Assembly (NCBI GenBank): GCA_964016885.1
Contig: OZ024753.1
Location: forward strand, 4,836,001 to 4,900,000
DNA length: 64,000 nt
From: Eledone cirrhosa
Taxonomy: Eukaryota
Direction of reading: 5' to 3'
Shown: piece after piece, positions 13,019 to 27,420 of the stretch
Numbering within the stretch: the stretch's first letter is position 1
How the letters are laid out: each line of letters begins with the position of its first letter
Translations under genes and position numbers: made by a program
Notes under the pieces: model-generated
Seen by the model: only the letters and a program-made list of their open reading frames with translations
Databases searched by the model: none
What the model was told of the DNA's origin: nothing

Positions 13019-13109
13019 GAGAGGGGGTGGGAGGGAGAAAGAAAGTTGGAGAGAAACAGGGAGAGAGAAAGAGATAGATAGATAGATACACTACGTTTAT
13101 ATACACACA

Positions 13110-13131
13110 CATATATATAATATATATATAC

Positions 13132-13178
<47 letters not shown>

Positions 13179-13283
13179 TATATGTATATATATATATATG
13201 TATATATATATGTGTGTATATATATATATATGTCTGTATATATATATATATATATTATATATATATATGTATATATATATATG

Positions 13284-13317
<34 letters not shown>

Positions 13318-13365
13318 TCTATATATATATATATCTATATATATATATGTATATATATATATATG

Positions 13366-13420
<55 letters not shown>

Positions 13421-13421
13421 G

Positions 13422-13472
<51 letters not shown>
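13110..13472. repeat. Long interrupted (TA)n plus (GT)n
   Basis: Direct reading. Confidence 0.95.
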
Positions 13473-13474
<2 letters not shown>

Positions 13475-14717
13475 TTCATTTGCTTTGGATTTTGTTCTCG
13501 TGATTCTTGTGAGGTTACGTTTTACTTATTTTTATTGGTTTCATTCGAAGGCAGAGGAAGCACCGTTCGTTATCGTGAGACCCCTGAGCCCGGCGAAGTA
13601 GACGTCAGTTAAAGTCCTGGAGAGAAAGGAACTGAAACGTGGTTAGTGTGGGATCTATGGGAAGTAAAGACAATATAAATCACGAGATAATCACACACAA
13701 GTCAGTCAGATGACTTTTAATCGATATAGAACAAAAGAAGCCGGCGCTAAGCGTAAAAGTTACTATGATGTCAATTTAAATTGCAGAGTAAAAAGATAGT
13801 AGGTTTATAGGGTAGCGTTTGGATTGTGTTGGTAAGTGACCGCATGCAAATCAGCTGTGTCTTTTAGGGAGATGCAAATAAGGTGTTCGTATAGTAAATA
13901 ACATCTTTCCACGTGAGGACAGTATGATAATCAAGTAGCTCTCATGAAAGTACTGGTGGCTGGGGCATTAGTCATCAAATGTGATCGAAGAAGAATGAGA
14001 TTATGCACCAGATCTTGACATTTGTACTATCTTATGATGGACATCTACCGGGAAATCTTTTCAACGTAAATGATCTGAAAAGTTCGTGGAAGTACAATAG
14101 TATTCGACGTGATATAGGATCGTGACATCAGCCGTTTATTTAGAATCAGATTACTGTACGTCTCACCCCTGACATATGATTCGAATGTTCTTGTAAAATG
14201 AAAATGTAGTGGGGATTAACACAATTGCTTGTTAGTAATGTGACACCCAAAACATCCAAAGACCCAGTCCTCGGTGATATATTAGTGGTCATACTAAACA
14301 AATGAAACATGAATCATATCATATGTGTGATTGTATATGCGTGTGTATGTATGAAAGTAAATTAATTATATTAATTAACAACTAAATTAATGTTAATATA
14401 TTTAAGGCAAGGATCATTAAAATAATCTAAAATAATTAAGTGGTGAAGAAAAATACATTATTAATTATTGATTAATAATATCTTAATTATTCTGACAGTT
14501 ATATGTCACATTATCTAGAGTTATGCCATTAACTGGTGTGTGTCTGTTTTTTTGAATTTATTTTTTTTTTCGTTTTTCTTGTTTTTCTTGTTGAATTTTT
14601 GGTTTTTTATGGGAGATAATACTAATAATCAAAGAAAATAAATAGAAAGAATTATCACGAAACGCATTTATAACGATAAGTTATGATATAATAATTCAAA
14701 TGATACGATGGTTTAAT

Positions 14718-14900
14718 AATAATTGTTTCTACTTTTGGCACAAGGCCAGCAATTATCCAGTACATTACTGGTACTTTATTTTATCGACCCCGTAAGGATA
14801 AAAGGCAAAGTTAACTTTGGTGGGATTTGAACTCAGAATGGAAAGGGCCGTAATTCTATGCGTGACGTCCGACCCTCTACCGATACTGCAAATCCACGAT
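14718..14900 (-). mobile_element. SINE family A
   Basis: GTTTCTACTTTTGGCACAAGGCCAGCAAT...CTGGTACTTTATTTTATCGACCCCGTAAGGATAAAAGGCAAAGTTAAC...GGGATTTGAACTCAGAA. Confidence 0.85.
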
Positions 14901-15404
14901 GGTTTAATAATAATGATAATATAACACAGTGATAATTGTAATCTTATGAATTATTAGGTGTTGAAACCAAATAAATTTATTCCATTTTCTTTCTCACTTA
15001 TCCGCGCAGTGATGCAGACATAATAAATCATTCAAGAAAATTGTGTGATTGTACAAACATATATCAAAGTAATTATTGTGTCATAGTTGTCAACACCCGC
15101 AGAATTATCATTGGTCTAACTTTTTGATTAATATTGATTTCTAATCTACGCACAAGACCAACAATTTTGTGTAGAATGATGCATGCATGTATAGCAGACC
15201 TGTCAAATTTCCCCGTCCGACTTGAAGTTCTCCCACACACTTTGGGGTGGATGAGAGATGTCTTCTCTTGTGAAAATGGGTATAGCTTTCATTATGTAAA
15301 ATCTCTCCATTTTGCCTCATTTCTCCCCGTGTTGGGGCACTTTATTCATGGTAGTCCCGATTTGGGTCTTTACAGATTGGCAGGTCTTTACAGATTTGGG
15401 TCTT

Positions 15405-15925
15405 TACAGATTATAGTCCCGTAACTCCTAATGGTGTTGTAGGGGTGCAGTAATGAGTACTGCGTTTTTAAAGCATGTTAAGCCAGGTAGAGTCCATCAT
15501 TCTCTAGGCCTGAACACAGCATATTTCCAGAGAAGGATAGAAAGTGAGAGAGAAGAAGTGAGAAAGATATATAAAAGAAGAATTGACTCCAGTTCCAGAC
15601 TGATACATTTTTTTATCGACCACGAATGGATAAAAGTCAAAGTTGACCTCGGTGGGATATGATCTCAGACAGCAGAGTGCCGAAACGAATACCACAAAGC
15701 ACTCTATCCGACGTTATGATGAATCTGCGTATTCGTTGCCTGTGGAGGTTGATAGGGTTGATTAAATCAACTTCAGTACTTGAATGGCAGTATATTTTAG
15801 TGACACTGAAATGATGAGAGGCAAAGTTGTGATTTAAACTCAGAATAGAAAGTCTTAACTAAATACCACAAAGCATTTTGTTCGACGCAATGCACCACCA
15901 ATACTGCCAATCCACCACCCCATGT
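15405..15925 (-). mobile_element. Cluster of degraded SINE family A copies
   Basis: The TTTATCGAC..GGATAAAAGTCAAAGTTGACCTCGG..ACTCAGA core recurs at least twice. Confidence 0.7.
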
Positions 15926-15997
15926 TAATCCCAAATTAGGTTGGGGGCAACCAGAGTAAAGAAGGTACTTAATATATGTGTAGAGTGACGACAGAAT

Positions 15998-16120
15998 TTT
16001 ATTTAGAAAACCTTCTAGAGGACTAAAACTGTTTCAATGGTATGAAATCATGAGGAATGCTCCTGATGATTTCATACGAATTCAACAGTTTGAGTTCTGT
16101 AGAAGTCTTTCCTATATAAA
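15998..16120. repeat. Imperfect hairpin (arms about 60 bp, 4-nt loop) with a degenerate HHR core
   Basis: GTATGAAATCATGAGGA-ATGC-TCCTGATGATTTCATAC; the arm consensus resembles CTC-CTGATGA-TTTC-ATAC-GAAA-TT-GAAA-CAGT-TT-GAG. Confidence 0.7.
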
Positions 16121-16143
16121 CGTCCATCCATCCATACATATAC

Positions 16144-16181
<38 letters not shown>

Positions 16182-16222
16182 AGATAAATATACACGGGGT
16201 TCATGATTGTATATAGAAGATT

Positions 16223-16503
16223 ATATTAATAAGAGGAATTCCAACTTTGTCTGATTTACTCGTTTTATTTACAATCCTTTAAAATTTATAATGGTATTAT
16301 AATGAAATAGTATGATAGAATATTAAATTCTAAGTGTTAATTGAACAAGTACTTTCATGCTTTCGCAATCTTCAGGTTCATAATATGTGGTGACAGTCAA
16401 GTTTGCAATTTTCACAGTTTTCATTATAATACCATTGTAAGTTTTAAAGGATTGTAAATAAAACGAGTAAATCAGACAAAGTTGGAATTCCTCTTATTAA
16501 TAT
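16223..16503. repeat. 85-bp inverted repeats enclosing a hammerhead
   Basis: 16223-16307 versus 16419-16503, two mismatches; microsatellites nearby on both sides. Confidence 0.92.
16342..16380 (-). ncRNA. Minimal type-I hammerhead ribozyme
   Basis: Minus strand TGAAC-CTGAAGA-T-TGC-GAAA-GCA-T-GAAA-GTAC-TT-GTTCA: 5-bp stem I, GAAA-capped stem II, palindromic GTAC stem III loop. Confidence 0.72.
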
Positions 16504-16809
16504 GTATATATATGCATGTGCGTGTATGTGTGTATGTATATATATATATATATATATACATGGGGTGGGGTAAATATACATACAAACATATACAGACAGT
16601 CAACGCGATCAGTCGCACATTTTGGTGGGGGAGACTATTCATTAAATTTAAGATGAATACTATCTCCGACAGTAATGCCACAACTACCAGTCGTGTTGAA
16701 TAACTGCATATTCTTCTAATTGCATCCATTGAAGACACCTTTTATTCGAATTCGTAGAGATATCCGACTAAATAAATTATTTATTTTACAAGGAATTGCT
16801 ACAAACATC

Positions 16810-17810
16810 ATGGCCGGACACAACATCAACAACAACAATTTACCAAACACAAAGAGCGAAAACATTTTACCGAAGAAAAAGGTAAACAAATTTCATTTAG
16901 TTGTCGCTACAGAAGAAACCGAAATTATAAATCTCATTTCTCTTGGAGTTAAGAAAACTTAATGATGATTTATCTAATTGCTATAAAATGGCAAAAAAGA
17001 TCCCTTCGTTGGCTATATGAGCAGAATGAAGCTATACTGGGATGAAATGCATCCAAAGCTAAATAACTTCACAGTCAAGCAATTACGCTAACAGGCGACG
17101 TTTGTTGAACGTAAAAATAAGATAAATATTATTAATTGTAAGTCCCCCAGAACAAACATGAAATCACCACGTGCTTCAGGTCACCATGCTACTAAACTTT
17201 CTAGCAGCCAGGTCGAACAGTCCCTCGAAACAAATACGCCGTGAAGAAATTTGACACCTCTTGTACCATCAGAGTCTACCTGTTGTGGAAAACATTATCG
17301 ATATTAATAATCAAAAGTATAAACAATTGAAATTTTCCCTCAACGAAATCTTCCGGAGAGAAATTAATTCGTGTATAAACATTTCTCTGGCTGAACGTAA
17401 TAAAACAACAACGCTAACTAAAATAAAACCAAATAATGAAATCTTACGTGCGTGCTATTGACGAAATAGGGGATGAATATTTACGACGAATTAAAACCCC
17501 CACAATTTGGCAAATCAACGCTTGTTTAAATGCCTTAGCAATGACAGTGAAGCATTATCTTGGTGATAGCAGAGATATTAACAAGAACAAAACACTACCA
17601 AAAATACCATCATATATAAGTAAAATAGAAAAAAAGATCGCTGACCTACGAAAAACTATACGATTTGTGATAAAGCTCCTCACTTGCAAACAAAAACAAA
17701 ACACTTCACTCCTCACCAACAAAGAGTGGAAAATAAAATAGAAACGATGTTTGGTGACAGTACAACCAGAACACTTCAATATAAGCTGATCACCGTCAAA
17801 CATTACAGCT
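16810..17810 (+). mobile_element. Decayed 5' part of an R4/Dong-clade non-LTR retrotransposon ORF
   Basis: Across frameshifts: FSWS*E..LNDDLSNCYKMAKK / GYMSRMKLYWDEMHPKLNNFTVKQLR*QA and TIWQINACLNALAMTV...KIPSYISKIEKKIADLRKTI, matching R4-clade N-terminal motifs as recalled. No RT domain. Confidence 0.7.
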
Positions 17811-18657
17811 GCAAAGCATTCACACATATAACTCAAAACATACGCATCCAACGCATACATTAACATCCATACATGCACACACACGCATGCATGCAGACAT
17901 ATCTATTTAGTTGATGTTGTTTAAATTCCAATGAGAGCGTCTTGTATCTATATTAGATTCTCTCTCTATCGGTAAAAATTTATAAAATTATAAAACCAGA
18001 AGAACATACATGCATATACACAATGTGGCACGTCTACACACACTGAGCGGATTTATGTATTTCACAGAGAGACATAAATAAAGTTATGGACAAAAAAGAA
18101 ATATAAAGAGAAGAAAATGTAGGAAAGAGAGAGAGGAGGAGCAGAAATCAATGAAAAAAATATGTTATGCAAACTGGACTTGAGAACATCACATAGAGAA
18201 TATTAGTGAATCTGCGGTGGCAAGGAATGAAATATTAAGGGAGAGATTAATGTAGCATTCTATACTATTTTTAAGCATCTTATTTAGTTATTCTGCTCTA
18301 TTAAATTTTGAAAACGTTTCCGAATTTGTTCTGTATCAAGTCGACTATTTATTTTAAGAAACGTAATTATATTTTCTCTCTCATTTAATAAAACAGCGTG
18401 AAATGTAATTGAATAAAATAAAGGAAAAAAGTAAAGAAATTAAAAAAAACTCCCTTTGCATTATTGGCGTTAAGTGGAATGTATATATCGTGTGGTTATG
18501 TAAAAATAATAATAATAACTGAAGTATCTATTTTTTACTGTCTCCTCGTTGTTCATGTCTATTGAGTATGAAAACAAGTCGTTCTCAGTTTTACGGTTTC
18601 TAGTAATGTTGTTGATTAATACGAATGTTAATTCTGAATTTCCACTCTCAGTTTCTA

Positions 18658-19023
18658 TTGCTACTGCTGCTGCTACTACAGCTACAACTGCAGTTACGGC
18701 TCTTACTACAGCTACTGCTGCTGCTACAACAACAACAACTACTACTACTAATACTATTAATACTACTACTACTGCTGCTACAACTAATATTGGTTTCTGA
18801 TTTAGACACAAGGTCAACAATTTGGGGAAAAGGGGAAGTTGATTAAATTGACACCAGTGCGTTACTGGTATTTTATTTTATCGAGCCCCAGGATTCGAAC
18901 TCAGAACAAAATATGTGCTGCAAAGCATGTTGTCCGACACTCTACCAACATTTCCAATCCACCACCCTTACCAATACTAGTAATAATAATACTAATATTG
19001 CAGCTGCTGCTGTTACTGCTGCA

Positions 19024-19076
<53 letters not shown>
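18658..19076. repeat. (CTA)/(CTG) tracts flanking a SINE A copy (about 18787-18970, minus)
   Basis: Direct reading; SINE core CTGGTA-TTTTATTTTATCGAGCCCC...GATTCGAACTCAGAAC. Confidence 0.8.
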
Positions 19077-19566
19077 ATGTTCGTCTGTATGTTTCTTGTA
19101 TTATCGACAGATGCAGATAGCCAAGAACTTTGGCGTTCAGGCAGAAAGGTGAAGAATCTTATAGTCCAGACTATTAGATCTCTCTAGAAAAGTTCACTCC
19201 TCACAGAAGAGCTTAATTAGCCAGTTTACAGAACATTGTAATGTAGGCGCCATGTCTGCTAATTGGGCTGAAAATCGATCATAAGTGGCTATGTATAGTT
19301 TGGAAAGATAGCCTTATGTAACCAATATGATTAATCAGTGATTGTTACTTTAGTTTAAAATAACATGAACTCAGTTTATCAATCTATATTTATTCATCAT
19401 ATGGTAGATTGTGAAAAACAGTGGCAAATTACCATACTACTACTTTCGACACCATGTATGAGTAGACTATTATTTTAAAATGTCATGTCATTTAGAACTA
19501 ACAACGTTGTGAGTTATAAATGGTTGAAAGAGCATCGTACTTATGATCCTTAAAATATCTGCAGAC

Positions 19567-19603
19567 TATTTATAAGTCAGATCCTTGATCTGACTTATAA
19601 ATA
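19567..19603. repeat. 17-bp perfect hairpin
   Basis: TATTTATAAGTCAGATC-CTT-GATCTGACTTATAAATA. Confidence 0.95.
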
Positions 19604-19739
19604 TGGAAGATTATACCAACATGATATTGACAGGATCAATACGTAACTTGGTACCTGCCGCCATGACACGCTTGTGGTATTCTTCCTGTTTTAGATACCT
19701 GTAAAACTACCCCTACATCTATATTTTCCTCTATGTCAT

Positions 19740-20125
19740 TAAGAATTGCTTCTACTTTTGTCACAAGGCCAACACTTTGGAGGGCAAGGGAGAACATCGG
19801 TTAAATCTACCCCGTAAGGATGAAAAGCAAAGCTAATCTTCTATAAAATAAAGTACCAGTAATACACAGTGTATTACTGGTACTTTATTTTATCGACCCC
19901 GTAAGGATAAAAGGCAAAGTTGACCTTGGCGGGATTTGAACTCAGAATGGAAAGGGCCGTAACTCTATGCGTCAAAGCATGGCGTCCGATCCTCTACCGA
20001 TACTGCCAATCCAATCATTAATAATTGTTTCTACTTTAGGCGCAAGGCCAGTACATTATCCAGTACATTACTGGTACTTATTTTATCGACCCCGTAAGGA
20101 TGAAAGGCAAAGTTAACTTCGTTAA
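19740..20125 (-). mobile_element. Nested SINE family A copies with an internal palindrome (25-bp arms, 19843-19893)
   Basis: Three CCCCGTAAGGAT cores; ATAAAATAAAGTACCAGTAATACAC-A-GTGTATTACTGGTACTTTATTTTAT. Confidence 0.85.
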
Positions 20126-20144
20126 TAATGATAATAAGAGAGTA

Positions 20145-20192
<48 letters not shown>

Positions 20193-20646
20193 AAAGTAAA
20201 AGTGAAAATCAGAGGTATATTTAAAGATTAATTTTTCTTTAACCCAACAGAATAAATATTTTGTGTGTGTGTTTAGGTGGGGCTACATTGTGTCAGGTGT
20301 TTAACTTTATTTTCAGGGTTTGTTGATAAATTCAAGAGCAAAGGTAAAATAAATAAATTTAAAAAAAGCTCTACGTAGATATAAAGACGACGGAAAGTTC
20401 CATTGAAAAGACAAATATAAAAATAAAAAGTAGATAATAATAATAGAATAAAAGACTTTTGAAGAAGAAATGTTTTTCAATCATGAAGAATTTGTTTTAG
20501 TGTGATGATGTTTTTAGAACGGTCGTGGTTTTCTTTCGTCCTATCGTGTGGTAGTGGGTGTAGGTGGGGCTCCATTTTGTCAAGAATTCAGATTTATTTT
20601 AAGGGTTTGTAGATAAAAGCAGAAATAAAAGAATGAAGAGATGTAA

Positions 20647-20670
20647 ATATATGTATATATATATATATAC

Positions 20671-20719
<49 letters not shown>

Positions 20720-20802
20720 TATATAGATATACATATATATATACACACACACATATATATATATATATATACACACACATATATATATATATATATATAC
20801 AT

Positions 20803-20864
<62 letters not shown>

Positions 20865-20970
20865 TATATAAAATATTAAATATATAAGTCACGTTATAAA
20901 AGAATATATATATATATATATATCATGTTATAATAGAATATATATATATATTCTATTATAACGTGACTTA
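20647..20970. repeat. (TA)n tract followed by an inverted repeat (20885-20970)
   Basis: TAAGTCACGTTATAA...TTATAACGTGACTTA, with an inner AT-rich palindrome. Confidence 0.85.
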
Positions 20971-21569
20971 CCGTCTTAGATTCTGAAAAAGTATTGAAAT
21001 CTAAAAATATTAAATATAATTTATCCCTACTGGGTGTCTGACACTATTTAATTTATTCTCTTACCGCTTCCTTACATCCTTTTACTTTTTTCATAGGACA
21101 GTGAAGAATTTATTTTCGTGCATATTTTACCTATTTTTGCATATCTGATGCAATTCTATTTATTGAAGATTTAAAGTTGAACGCTAACGCTATAGAATTC
21201 TGTTTTAACTTACCGTATAAATTGCTTTAGGTGAAATACTATGAACAAATATAAAAGAATATATTTCATTCTTTGCTGATCTACCTCTAGAATATTCAGC
21301 GAATCACATCTCTCGGTCTTGTTTCAGATCTTTTATTTATGTTTATGGAAATATCTATGTTTTAATCATCGTTTCATTTACTAGATAAGAATTTTATTCC
21401 TTTACACTTGTGATCAAACAAATGCGACAATGACCTTTCAAGAAAATGTGATTATCAAAACATTATGGAATGTTCTTTGAAGTATTAATTTAATTCTGTT
21501 CTTGAATAAGATTTCGATAATTACGTTAACTCACAATAAGGTACAAATCATCCACATCAGTAATTTTCA

Positions 21570-22180
21570 TAATGATTTCTAATTTAAGTACATGGCCAGC
21601 AATTTGGCCAAAGAATAAAGAATTTTAAATCAATCCCAGTATTTAAACGCTGATTTATTTTATCATCACCAGAATAATAAAACTTAAACTTGACCTCGGC
21701 AGTATTTGAACTCAGAACGTAATTAGTCGTAAATAAATTCAGCAAAGCATTTTGTCCGACGACCTATCGATTCTGACAATTAACCACGTAAGTAGATATT
21801 TTAATAATAATGTATAGTTTAGGCACAAGGCCAGTAGTTTGGTACATTATTTTATCATCCCCGGAAAGACGAAAGACACATTTGACCTCTGTAGAACGTA
21901 GAAAGTCGTAACTATATGCCGCAAAGCAATTTGACACTCAACTGATACTGTCAATTCACTTAGGTAGTATTTATTTTCACACTATTTTACAATTTAGATC
22001 TAAGGCCAGCAATTTGGGAGAAGGTGAAAGTCGATTAAATCGATCTCGGTACGTGACTGGTACTTTATTTTATCAATCCCAGGAGGTAGAAAGGCAACGT
22101 TGAATTCGGTAGGGTAAAACGACGAAACAAATGTTGCAAAGCATGTGTCCGACACCTAGTTATACTGCAAACCCATCAGA
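21570..22180 (-). mobile_element. Three tandem SINE family A copies
   Basis: Repeated GGCCAGCAAT...TTTTATC...TTGACCTC...GCAAAGCAT units. Confidence 0.8.
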
Positions 22181-22373
22181 AAACAACATTTTATAGCGTT
22201 GGAGTTGTTTAGCACCACGTAGTGAAGTTTGAGCAGATCTTTGATTAAAGGTGATTTAGTCATGACCAATCAACATTTTCATCAGTACTTAAGACTAAAT
22301 TGTGCAATGAGTTTTAACTTTATCAACACTGGGAGGTGTTATATAAGGACGATTTAGTTGTTATTATCAGAAA

Positions 22374-22481
22374 ATCCCGCCGAGGTTGACTTTGCCTTTC
22401 ATCCTTACGGGGTCGATAAAATAAAGTATCAGTAATGCACTGGGTAATTGCTGGCCTTGTGCCTAAAGTAGAAACAATTAT
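22374..22481 (+). mobile_element. Young short SINE A subfamily (108 bp) with a probable ATTATCAG target-site duplication
   Basis: One difference from 59172-59279; ATTATCAG at 22363-22370 and 22477-22484. Confidence 0.85.
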
Positions 22482-23459
22482 CAGGTCAAACAGCTAAATA
22501 GAGACTACCTCACATATAATCAATGTTGATGATTTGACCAGATGTGTTACAGCGTCAGACGAAATTATATATGATATTTATTCCGGCTTTTTTAGTTCAA
22601 ATCTCGTCGAGATCAACTAAGCATATCATTTTTTCAAGGTCGATAAATAAAGTATTCGTTTATGGTGCTGAGTTAACAAAATCATTAAAGTGTTGGATGA
22701 GATACCTTTAAGTATTTGTTTGATTTCCTTACTTTCTGTAACCGATTTAATCGGTCACTCAGTTTAACATCGCCGCTCGGCCCTTGATATATTTAGTGGA
22801 ATCGACTCTGTTACAAACATTCGAGCTAATTCTCTTGTTTAAGGGTACTTTCGTCGATTCCCCCCCCCCCTTTTGACGAATCTTGGAGGCGCTGAAAATG
22901 TTCAATAGTATGCCATCCGAACGCCTTTATCATCCCCTGCCAGACTAAATGACAAAAAGTCAAAAGTATTTTATATTATTTAAATACATCAAACACAGCT
23001 AAAGCCATCTTTACTTTTATCCCACTAGGCTCAATAATTTATGCGGTGTTCTTGTATTGCGGTCGATTCAATAAATTATATCCCTATTTACACATTTGTG
23101 GCTGTGTGCCTGTATTACAAATCAATATATTTTATAGTCTCATCATTTGTTTAGTATGTAAAATATTATTTGAAGTTAGTGTCAAAAGTCGGATGATTCT
23201 TAGCACATACTTATTGTTTAGACATATGCTTTATTGTGTTGGTTCTTGCAAGATGGCTTTACTGCATTACAAGTCGGTATCAGCAATGAAAATTCATTAT
23301 TCAGTTTTCATTGTGCTCTTTTTTGCTACCTTCATTATTCACCCGCTCATTTATGCTGACTCATTCATATACACATAATTGTAGACACATACCCACCCCA
23401 CACTCATGCATATATATATATATGGGTGTGCGTGTGTTTGTGTGCGTGTGTTTGTGTAC

Positions 23460-23800
<341 letters not shown>

Positions 23801-24519
23801 TATAGTATAATAAACAAGAAACCTATTCTTACTATGATTTTTATATTACGTACATATGCGGGTACGTTTATGTGCGTGTGTGTGCTTGCGTTTGTGTATG
23901 TTGTGTTTTGTGTATATTTCAATATTTAGCCATAGGGAAGCAAAAAGAAAAACTTTTATTTATGAATACTGACCATGTTTACAAATACAAACTTACAACT
24001 AAAGTTTCCATTACTTACCACTATCAATATGTGTGTATGATTATGTGTTAATGTACGCGTATTTTGAGAGTGTGTAGTTGGTATTTCCTTGAGCACATGC
24101 AAGCGATGTAATGTAGCATTAAGTTCATATATTTAAATATAGTTTCTATTCCCATGTGCACCATTTCTCTTCACTTGCATCAAATGTGATTCGTACCCAT
24201 TTTCAATTTCTGGATAAATATATTTTCTTACTCGGGGATTTACATTTCATAAAATTATAGAATAGAAATATATTTGTGACTTAACGGCTCAATGAGAATT
24301 ATTAGTATGTGTGTGTGTGTAGACGCATGTTTGTGTGTGGATGTGCGTTTGTCTATGTGTGAGCATGTAGTACTTGTGTCGACTGTGTATATGTGTAGTT
24401 CAACATAGTTATAACACCTATTACGTTGGTGGTATATTTTCCGTAAAACTTGAATATTCTGATACCATGTATATATTCTGATACCCTTTATGGGTGGCTT
24501 ACATTAGAAACCCCAAGTT

Positions 24520-24725
24520 CAGTGGACTGCTACAATCATTAGTTCGTTGGATAAAATGCATTGCAGTATTTTGATGCGGCCATTTACGTGCTTATTTCAA
24601 ACCTCACCAAGGTCAACTTTGACTTTCATCCTTCCGAGAGCGATAAACAATCACGTACTGGGGTTGAAATAATTGACTTTCTCTTCCGAAAAGTTGCTGG
24701 TCTAGTGCCAAAGCTAGAAACCATT
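24520..24725 (+). mobile_element. SINE family A
   Basis: CAAGGTCAACTTTGACTTTCATCCTTCCGAGAGCGATAAA...TTGCTGGTCTAGTGCCAAAGCTAGAAACC. Confidence 0.8.
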
Positions 24726-25294
24726 AGAAGATCCAACAGATAATAACATTTTAAATGTTGGTCATATATGAGTTTTCAAATCAAGAAATGGCCTTTGTAT
24801 AAGAAGTATATATAGTATTGAGAAATAGTATTGCTGTCATCGCAATGGTTTCTAGATTGTCATCAACACATTTCACATATATTCCAGTCCACAAGATGGG
24901 ACTATAGGTAAAGTAGTGTGTGGGAAATCTATAATATTCATGTTTTTTATATTTCCGTATAGTATTTAGTTACAGATTCAACGTACAGCGTTAGAATTAT
25001 AATGTCCATATTATGCGAGATCTGGAAGTTTTTATGTTTTTTATGATCACGCTACAATAGAGATGCATAACCGATAGGAGACATTAACAGCTATAAATAT
25101 ATCGTTAACATGTACATTACGTCGTGCAATAATCATGGTATTTTCTACTACTTCTTCAGGTACTATATTCTTTATGTATCCACGCTTTATTTATTTTACA
25201 ACGGAGGCCTTCTTTAATATTTAATACACGCACACACACATATGTGTATATATATATATATATATGTGTGTGTGTATGTGTGTGTGTGTATTTG

Positions 25295-25331
<37 letters not shown>

Positions 25332-27204
25332 TAGCAGTTTAATTTAATCTTGGGACTACTAGCGGTATCATGCCGAAAACACGTCTAATGCATAAGGTCC
25401 ATTTTCAGAAATATTACACACACACACATACACATATATATGTATGTATATATATAATATGTGTGTGTGTGTGCGCGCGTGGGGGGGGTGTAATTGTGTT
25501 AATTGTTTTTGCTTGAATACGTAATGCGTGCGCGTGGATATCAGGTTAAGAATATGTTGAGTTCTACATATGTGTGCAAAACTCTATTTCAATATCTTTT
25601 ATAAGTACGTATATTGATTATCAATTAATAGCATTTCACTTTTCATTGTTTTCAAACAATATTGGAGACTCGTTAATATTAAGGCTTCTCTTTTTCTATT
25701 GTGTAAATTGAAATCCGTTTATATAGGAGAAGAAGCTTAATGAAATAGCACTATTGTTCGAGAACATTGTCTGATGTAGCGTCGTTCTTTTACGTTAGAT
25801 CAGCATTTATGAGGAACCTCAGACTTCCACGAAGAACGTTTGGGTTTCCACGAGATAAGGTGTCTTTTTAATTTAAAAAAATATTGTTCATTCTTGTAAT
25901 ATAATTTCTTTCTACAGAGCGATTTTTGTTTGATTTAATTTCTTTAAAATCACTACTGAGACTAAAATACTGGTATAGTTTTCCCGAGGTTTGTAAAGCC
26001 GAATAAGGATTACGCGACAAAACAAGTTTGGAAAACACAGCACTAGATATTCACATACATAATGCAAAAGTGATTGTCTTTCTTCTACATACAATACATA
26101 TTCTGTGGATTTCCATAAGGTTTAGAAATACTTTCTATTTAGGCATAAAATTGCTATTTGTGCCATATCTCTTGCAAAATAATTCAGTTTGTATAAAATC
26201 TGCTTTAAATATTTTCTTTTGAAATACTCGCCTGGATTTAATTTTTTGGGTATTCTTTGATTTAAACTTTATTGTACGGGGAATATTTATGTAATAGTGA
26301 ATATATTTAATTATGAAACTGCTGCATACATAGCATTTTCATTATTGGTGAGTATCTGTTCATTTACGTTATTATATGTCGTTCGAAAGATTGCTTCATT
26401 TAAAATTTTGAACTGCTTTATATAAATATTTTTGTGTATTGACTTTATTACAAAAGCTGGAAAATACAGTAAATCATATTAAATGTTCACTCACATCAAC
26501 AACTAAGTTTCTGTAATTTAATATATATTTCATTTATTCTTAAGAGATGTTTTCTAATAATATAATCTAACATTAATCCATCAACACACATAGGGGATTT
26601 GAAATGGCTGTTAATACCAACAAATATTATTCAATACTATTCACTTAAATATCACTTTTTTTTTATATTTATATAATTTATTTTCATACAATGTGAATGT
26701 TTTGTTTAACCAGAGTTTGATATTTATCTGATCAGAACTTATTTATGTGCAGGTAGCATTCAACTCTTTAGAGTGTATCTCAATCGCACGTTCTGAGATT
26801 ATCCGCAAATATATGGCTTTTCATAATTTCTCCCGTTTCATCGACATGTTTGTCAATGTTTAGAAGTCCACAGTAAGTATTTAATATTATTCTGTTTATT
26901 GTACTAAGGAAATATACCGATTGCAAACCATATATGATTTCTCTGTAAGAGCCTTTACGTATGGACAGATCAGAATAAATATTGATTTCGATGTAACTTG
27001 TGGCTTTCAAGTGAATATTACGCAGGAGATGTCTTGGTTGCCATATATGTTATGTGTAATGTTTTTTTAAGGCTTCTTACAAAAATTATTTCCGTGTTGC
27101 CAGTTCAGAATTATTACCAGTCTTCAGCCGTGTGGAATCATCTTGTAAAGTAGGTTTTCAGTAGCTCACTTCACTATCGCAGCTCAGAACAAGTCAAGTA
27201 ACGT

Positions 27205-27420
27205 GTGGATTGGCAGTAGCAGTAGGTGGTCGGACGCCATGCTTTGCAGCATAGAGTTACGGCCCTTTATGAAGTGAGTTCAAATCCCGCCAAGGTTAGC
27301 TTTGCCTTTCGTCCTTGCGGGGTCGATAAAATAAAGTACCAGTCACGCACTGGGTTCGATTTAATCGACTTTCCCCTCCCCCTAAATTGCTGGTCGTGTG
27401 TCTATATAAGAAACCATTAT
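27205..27420 (+). mobile_element. Near full-length tRNA-derived SINE family A
   Basis: A-box-like TGGCAGTAGCAGTAGG, B-box GAGTTCAAATCCC, core TTTGCCTTTCGTCCTTGCGGGGTCGATAAAATAAAGTACCAG, 3' TTGCTGG...AGAAACCATTAT. Confidence 0.85.

Noticed and set aside
13490-14330. Possible LTR or other repeat (GC-richer island)
   Set aside because: No termini, TSD, second copy or coding remnant found.
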